Source: Dictyostelium discoideum (lineage: Eukaryota). From it: a stretch of 64,000 nucleotides of DNA. The translations under genes were made by a program, and so were the position numbers. Within the stretch, counting starts at the first letter, position 1. Every line of letters starts with the position of its first letter. The DNA is taken from the NCBI GenBank assembly GCA_000004695.1, contig CM000151.3:3072001-3136000 (forward strand), in the 5' to 3' direction. The notes beneath the pieces are model-generated. The model worked only from the letters and a program-made list of their open reading frames with translations, had not been told where the DNA came from and did not search any database. This document shows positions 43,383 through 64,000 of this stretch, piece by piece.

Positions 43383-45570
43383 GCAACAACAACAACACAA
43401 CCACCAATTTATTGTGTATCAATTCAAAGAAATATTTTCTATTATATCATTGGTCACATACTATCATGTTATCAATATTCAAAGCCACAATATATAATTG
43501 ATTTCCCTGTATCATGTGAAGTTCAAGATAAAAAACATTCTTTTACCATTTTATTGGGTGGTACATCTGGTTGTGGTAAATCAACACTCACTGCTTTATT
43601 AGCCTCAAGAATCGGTTTCACTGCTGTTATCTCTACTGATAACATTAGACAATTACTAAGAAAATTCATTAGTAGACAAGAATCACCTATACTTTGGGCT
43701 TCAACTTATCATGCTGGTGAAATCATTTCAAATCCATCATTATCACATAAAGAAAAAGTAATTAATTCTTTTTTTTTTTTTTTTTTTAAATGTTATATAT
43801 ATATAATTAATAACTTTTTATTTTTAATTTTATTTTATAGATTTTACAAGGTTATGAAGCACAAAATGAAATGATTTTTAATAAATTAGATATTTTAATT
43901 GGACATTATGAAAAGAGAAAAGAATCATTAATTGTTGAAGGTGTTCATTTAGATACTAAACTCATTCTAAGATTAGTAAAGAAACATCCATCTTGTATTC
44001 CATTTTTAATGTACATTAGTAATGAAGCAAAACATAAAGAAAGATTTGCAATTCGTTCAAAATATATGACTCTCGATCCTCATCAAAATAAATATACAAA
44101 ATACTTTAAAAATATTCGTATCATTAATGATCATTTATGTCATGGCGCTGATGAACATATGGTAAGTTTTTTAAATATAAATATATAAGGATAGAAATAT
44201 TGATTGATAGAAAGATTGATTAATAAATATTCCAATTTATATTTAAAATATTGATACATATATTTTTAGATTCCACAAATTGATAATACAAGTATTGATA
44301 GATCTTTAGCTACAATTCATGGCACCATCTTTGCTTGTTTAAAGAGAAAAGTACAATGTGGTGAATCTTATTATAATCATGAAACTGATAAGTATGTATT
44401 ATTGATCCTTTTTTAATAATAATAATAATTTCTAACATTAAAAAAAAAAAAAAAAAAAAAAAACTATTTAGAATGAATATGTTATATAATCAATATGAAC
44501 AAATTCAACATCAATTTTGGTCATCAAAGGGTATGTTGAGATTAATTCAAAAAAAAAAAACTGTTAGTCCTCATGGAAATAATAACGTCACCGGCGATGT
44601 AGATAATAATAATAGCAATAGTAACAACAATAATGTCAATAATAATAATGGTGATAATAATGGTGATAGTAATGTTGATAATAATAGTAATGATAATGAC
44701 AATAATAATAATAATAGTAATAATATTAGTAATATTAATAATGATAATGATAATAATAATAATGATAATGATAATAGTAATGTTGATAATAATAACGATA
44801 ATAGTGATAATAGTGTTAATAGTAATAATAGTATTAATAGTAATAATGGTAATGAGGGTAGTAATAATTGTAATGTTGTAAATGGTAATAATAGTAATAG
44901 CGATATATTAATTAAGGTTGAATACAATAAAAATAATAATAGTAGTAGTAACGATAATGAATACAAGAATAGCAATGACAATCATTGCAATATAAAAAAT
45001 GAAACCGAAAATAGTGATATTAATGGTTGTATCAATAACAACATCATCAGCTACAATAACAATATAAAGAATAACACTGATAATACCACTGGTAATCATA
45101 ATTATACCACTATGAATGGTAACAATGAAAATGATTGTAAAAATAATAATAATAATAATAATATTAAAACCATACCAAACGAGGGACAACAACAACCACA
45201 ACAACAACCACAACAGCAACCACCACAACAATCACAACAACAACCACAACTACAACAAAAAAAGCAACAAATACAAGAAGAACAACAAAATTTAAATAAT
45301 AATAATAAATCAATTGAAGATGATGAAGAAGCATTCAATAGCGATGATGAACATGATCATGAAGATGATTCAATTAGAGGTAATGAATCTGGTTCAGTTG
45401 GTGACCATGGTAATAGTGTTAAGAAATCCTCATTAAATGATAAAAATCATAATAATGGTAATAATCAAAGTAATGAAGATAATGACGATGATTCAGATAT
45501 TTCAGATTCAGATTCAGATGGTGGTGAAAGAATTGATTATTATTTAGATTGTGGTTCACTTGGTAGTTAA
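42676..45570 (+). CDS. P-loop NTPase homologous to archaeal 2-phosphoglycerate kinase / plant LPA1-type proteins, with a long Asn/Asp-rich C-terminal tail. Five exons: 42676..42975, 43080..43757, 43841..44161, 44270..44391, 44472..45570.
   Basis: Walker A is HSFTILLGGTSGCGKSTLTALLASRIGFTAVISTDNIRQ. The kinase-core motif is SLIVEGVHLDTKLI (2PGK 'EGVHL'), followed by ...FLMYISNEAKHKERFAIRS.... Junctions are GAG|GTAAAT...TATAG|A, AAA|GTAATT...TATAG|A, ATG|GTAAGT...TTTAG|A, GATAA|GTATGT...ATTTAG|A, all in phase. Confidence 0.65.
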
Positions 45571-45780
45571 AAAATTTTAAAATAAAAAAATAAAAAAAAT
45601 AAACAAACACAATATTAATTTTGTTCTATAAATAAAAAATAAAATAAAAAAAAACATTACTTTCATAATTTTCTCCACCCCCCAAACCTTTACTTTTGTG
45701 TATAAAAAAATTGAATTTTATTTAATAATTTTACAACTTTTGATTAAACCTAAAATTTTGTTTTATTTAAGTTTCTTCTC

Positions 45781-46181
45781 TTATTTCATACCTTTTAATT
45801 GTTGAACTTTTTGAGCTAAAATTTCATCAGTTAAATCTTGTGAAGGATTTTCAGAAAATAATGAAACATGAATTGGTGAAAAGAATTCATCAATCTTACC
45901 TCTATGAGTTGTTAGACGACCTTTAACCATTGGTGAAACTGATACGCCAACAAAGGTAATTTGAGCATGTTTTGGTTGAACGATACCATCGATAACATCA
46001 GTGGTCGCAACGATACCATAGTTTACATTTTGATCCTTTAAATGTGAGACTAACTCCTGAAGACCACCAGTACCTTTACCAACTAAACCTAATCTTTCTT
46101 TATCTTCATAACCAATTAACATCCAATTAATTGGATCAGATGATGTTTTAACTTGTTCAACTATTTTTTTTAATTCATAAT
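45781..46181 (-). CDS. Second coactosin-type ADF-H domain coding region immediately downstream, in a different frame, with no initiator ATG of its own. It is either a second exon/domain of the upstream unit or a separate truncated or pseudogenic copy.
   Basis: The frame opens after TGA at 46182-46184. It reads NYELKKIVEQVKTSSDPINWMLIGYEDKERLGLVGKGTGGLQELVSHLKDQNVNYGIVATTDVIDGIVQPKHAQITFVGVSVSPMVKGRLTTHRGKIDEFFSPIHVSLFSENPSQDLTDEILAQKVQQLKGMK*. This is a full ADF-H fold lacking only about 5 N-terminal residues. Confidence 0.5.
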
Positions 46182-46541
46182 TTCAGTTTCACTTAATTCA
46201 CTCTTTAATGATGCAATGATTTCAACATTATAATGACCAAGTAATTTTGTAACTGATGTTTTATTTACACTGTATTTGGCTTTTTCAATGGCTTTAACAT
46301 TATCACCAATAAATGTAATATAAACGAATCTATCAGTTGGAATTCCATCAACATGATCAACTACTCTGAGAATTGCATAAACCATTGATGTATCATCAAA
46401 ATGTTCAATTAATTCATTAATACCTTTAGTACCAGTTGATAATAATTTAATTTTATCTGGTGATCCATCATAACTTTAAAAAATAAAAAAAAAACAGGAA
46501 AAAAAAGATAAAAATAAAAAATTAATATCTGAGATTTTTTA

Positions 46542-46573
<32 letters not shown>

Positions 46574-46754
46574 AGAAATAAAATTACCCAACTAATAACC
46601 AATTTGTGGCACTATCTGTTTTGTGGACAGATTTAACTGCATCATTAAAATCTTCAAGATTTGATACAGAAACGGAATTACCAGCTCCTGGGGTGCTCAT
46701 TGAGCCTGCTTTTCTTTCAGCTAATGAAAATCTTAATTGGCCATCTGTTGACAT
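46170..46754 (-). CDS. Coactosin-type ADF-H (actin-depolymerising-factor homology) protein with a ~28-aa N-terminal extension. Two exons: 46588..46754, 46170..46473 (156 aa, terminated by TAA at 46170-46172).
   Basis: MSTDGQLRF...SNLEDFNDAVKSVHKTDSATNWLLVG | YDGSPDKIKLLSTGTKGINELIEHFDDTSMVYAILRVVDHVDGIPTDRFVYITFIGDNVKAIEKAKYSVNKTSVTKLLGHYNVEIIASLKSELSETEIMN*. It is colinear with coactosin (...AVIWVTFKYDGS...VRLFAFVRFTTGD...SKRSKFALITWIGENV...). The donor is GG|GTAATT and the acceptor AAAG|T (phase 2+1). Confidence 0.7.
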
Positions 46755-46794
46755 TTTGTATTATCTTTTTTTTTTTTTTATTTGTTTCACTTTG

Positions 46795-46857
<63 letters not shown>

Positions 46858-46924
46858 TACACAAAAATATCTTTTTTTTTTTTTTAATTAAAAATTATTT
46901 GAAAAAAAAAGCCAAGTTTTATTT

Positions 46925-47560
46925 TAAATTCAATGACTTTTTTTTTTTTTTTTATAGGTTTTACATTTTTTTATTTTTTTTATATTTTTTAATCATAATC
47001 TTGATTTCAGCTATTTTATCTTTTTATTTATTTTTTCAATGAAAATGTATTTCAATATTATATTTCTGTAAGTTTAGGAAAAAACAAACTCATTCCCCCT
47101 TTTTTGCTTAAAAATTTATGTTTTTTTTTTTTTTTTTGGATGATTATATGGAACACTAACAACATCACCAACATTAGCACTAACCACCCAGAACAAGAAA
47201 AAGTAAATAAATAAAAAAAATAAAATAAAAACAAAAAATAATAAAAAAAAATAAAAGAAAATAAAATATCCTAGTTTTTGATTTTTCATTTTTTTTTTCC
47301 CCAAGTTATAAATTTAATGAATTTTTTTTTTTTTTTTTTTTTTTTTTGATATTTAAGGTTTTATTTTACATTTTTTATTTTTTTATTTTTTTTTTTGTCA
47401 TAACCTTGATTCCAACTATTTTATCTTTTTATTTATTTTTTTTTGAATGAAAATGTATTTTAATATTATATCCATAAAAAAGTTTGGAAAAAATAAATTT
47501 ATTATCTCTTTTTCCTAAATAGTTTTAAAGCTTAAAAATTTAAGTTTTTTGGATTGATTT
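46925..47560. repeat. Two diverged direct copies (about 200 bp each, roughly 75-80% identity by eye) of an intergenic segment: about 46925..47125 and about 47345..47560
   Basis: Copy 1: ...ataggttttacattttttt...aatcataatcttgatttcagctattttatctttttatttattttttcaatgaaaatgtatttcaatattatatttctgtaagtttaggaaaaaacaaactc...gcttaaaaatttatgtttttt. Copy 2: ...aaggttttattttacatttttt...gtcataaccttgattccaactattttatctttttatttatttttttttgaatgaaaatgtattttaatattatatccataaaaaagtttggaaaaaataaattt...agcttaaaaatttaagttttttgg. Confidence 0.7.
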
Positions 47561-47767
47561 AATTTTTTAAATTTATTTTTTATTTTTTTTTGATTTAATT
47601 TTCAAATTTCTTTTTTTTATTTTTTATTTTTTATTTTTATTTTTATTTTTTTTTTTTTTGATTAAATTTTCTTTTTTTTTCTTTTTTCTTTTTTTATTAT
47701 AAATTTATTTTTTTATATTTTTCTTTTTTTTTTCTCTCATAAACATTATTTGTATATAAAGAAATAA

Positions 47768-47811
<44 letters not shown>

Positions 47812-47868
47812 AGAAAAAAAAAAAAAAAAAGAAAAAAAAAAAAAAAAGTAAAAAATTTGCACACTAAT

Positions 47869-64000
<16,132 letters not shown>

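Noticed and set aside
44571-45338. Four overlapping ORFs (poly-Leu, poly-Ile/Val, Cys-rich) on both strands
   Set aside because: These are alternative-frame or antisense readings of the AAT/GAT/AGT repeat-encoded Asn/Asp-rich tail of the 2PGK-like gene (frame 44472..45570). They have no independent support.

Overview
The window is nuclear DNA of a very AT-rich eukaryote, almost certainly a dictyostelid (Dictyostelium-like). That is an inference from the sequence: about 75-80% A+T, pervasive (AAT)n / poly-Asn and (CAA)n / poly-Gln tracts inside coding exons, short (about 70-190 nt) AT-rich introns with GTAAGT/GTATGT...(T/A)nAG boundaries, and oligo(dA)/(dT) intergenic spacers. It is gene-dense: I can support about 18 protein-coding genes on both strands, most of them spliced, and no rRNA, tRNA, CRISPR or recognisable transposon. 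Exon joins were reasoned by eye from reading-frame continuity and conserved protein motifs; coordinates at junctions may be off by 1-3 nt and the DHHC exon1-exon2 phase is unresolved.

Genes recognised, in order:
- 80..340 (+): partial terminal exon of a gene that starts upstream of the window.
- 578..4565 (-): membrane-anchored M1 aminopeptidase, 7 exons.
- 6093..8328 (-): protein with a DUF559/Vsr-like PD-(D/E)xK nuclease-fold C-terminus.
- 12342..14507 (+): NF-YC histone-fold CCAAT-binding subunit.
- 14765..16337 (-): bacterial RlmI-type PUA+SAM rRNA methyltransferase.
- 16869..17942 (+): acidic protein with a zf-HIT-like C-terminus.
- 18095..19465 (-): pirin.
- 20131..22824 (+): Atg4 cysteine protease.
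- 23016..23837 (-): bacterial-type EF-P with a presequence-like N-terminus.
- 24406..26235 (+): DHHC palmitoyltransferase.
- 27906..33209 (+): hybrid histidine kinase (PAS-HisKA-HATPase-REC).
- 33660..37224 (+): VPS35L (retriever) orthologue.
- 37992..38693 (+): Hsp20 small heat-shock protein.
- 39479..42098 (-): dipeptidyl-peptidase III.
- 42676..45570 (+): 2-phosphoglycerate-kinase-like P-loop protein.
- 46170..46754 (-) and 45781..46181 (-): two adjacent coactosin-type ADF-H coding units.
- 47869..>64000 (+): a giant gene of more than 5,000 codons carrying two AAA+-like P-loop modules, which runs off the window.

Most worth a second look:
- the giant two-AAA+ gene;
- the bacterial-type EF-P and RlmI-like pair, which are probably organellar translation factors;
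- the DUF559-like nuclease-fold protein;
- the frame-discontinuous tandem ADF-H units;
- a duplicated ~200-bp intergenic segment;
- an imperfect CA/CT-rich inverted repeat inside a 4-kb AT desert.
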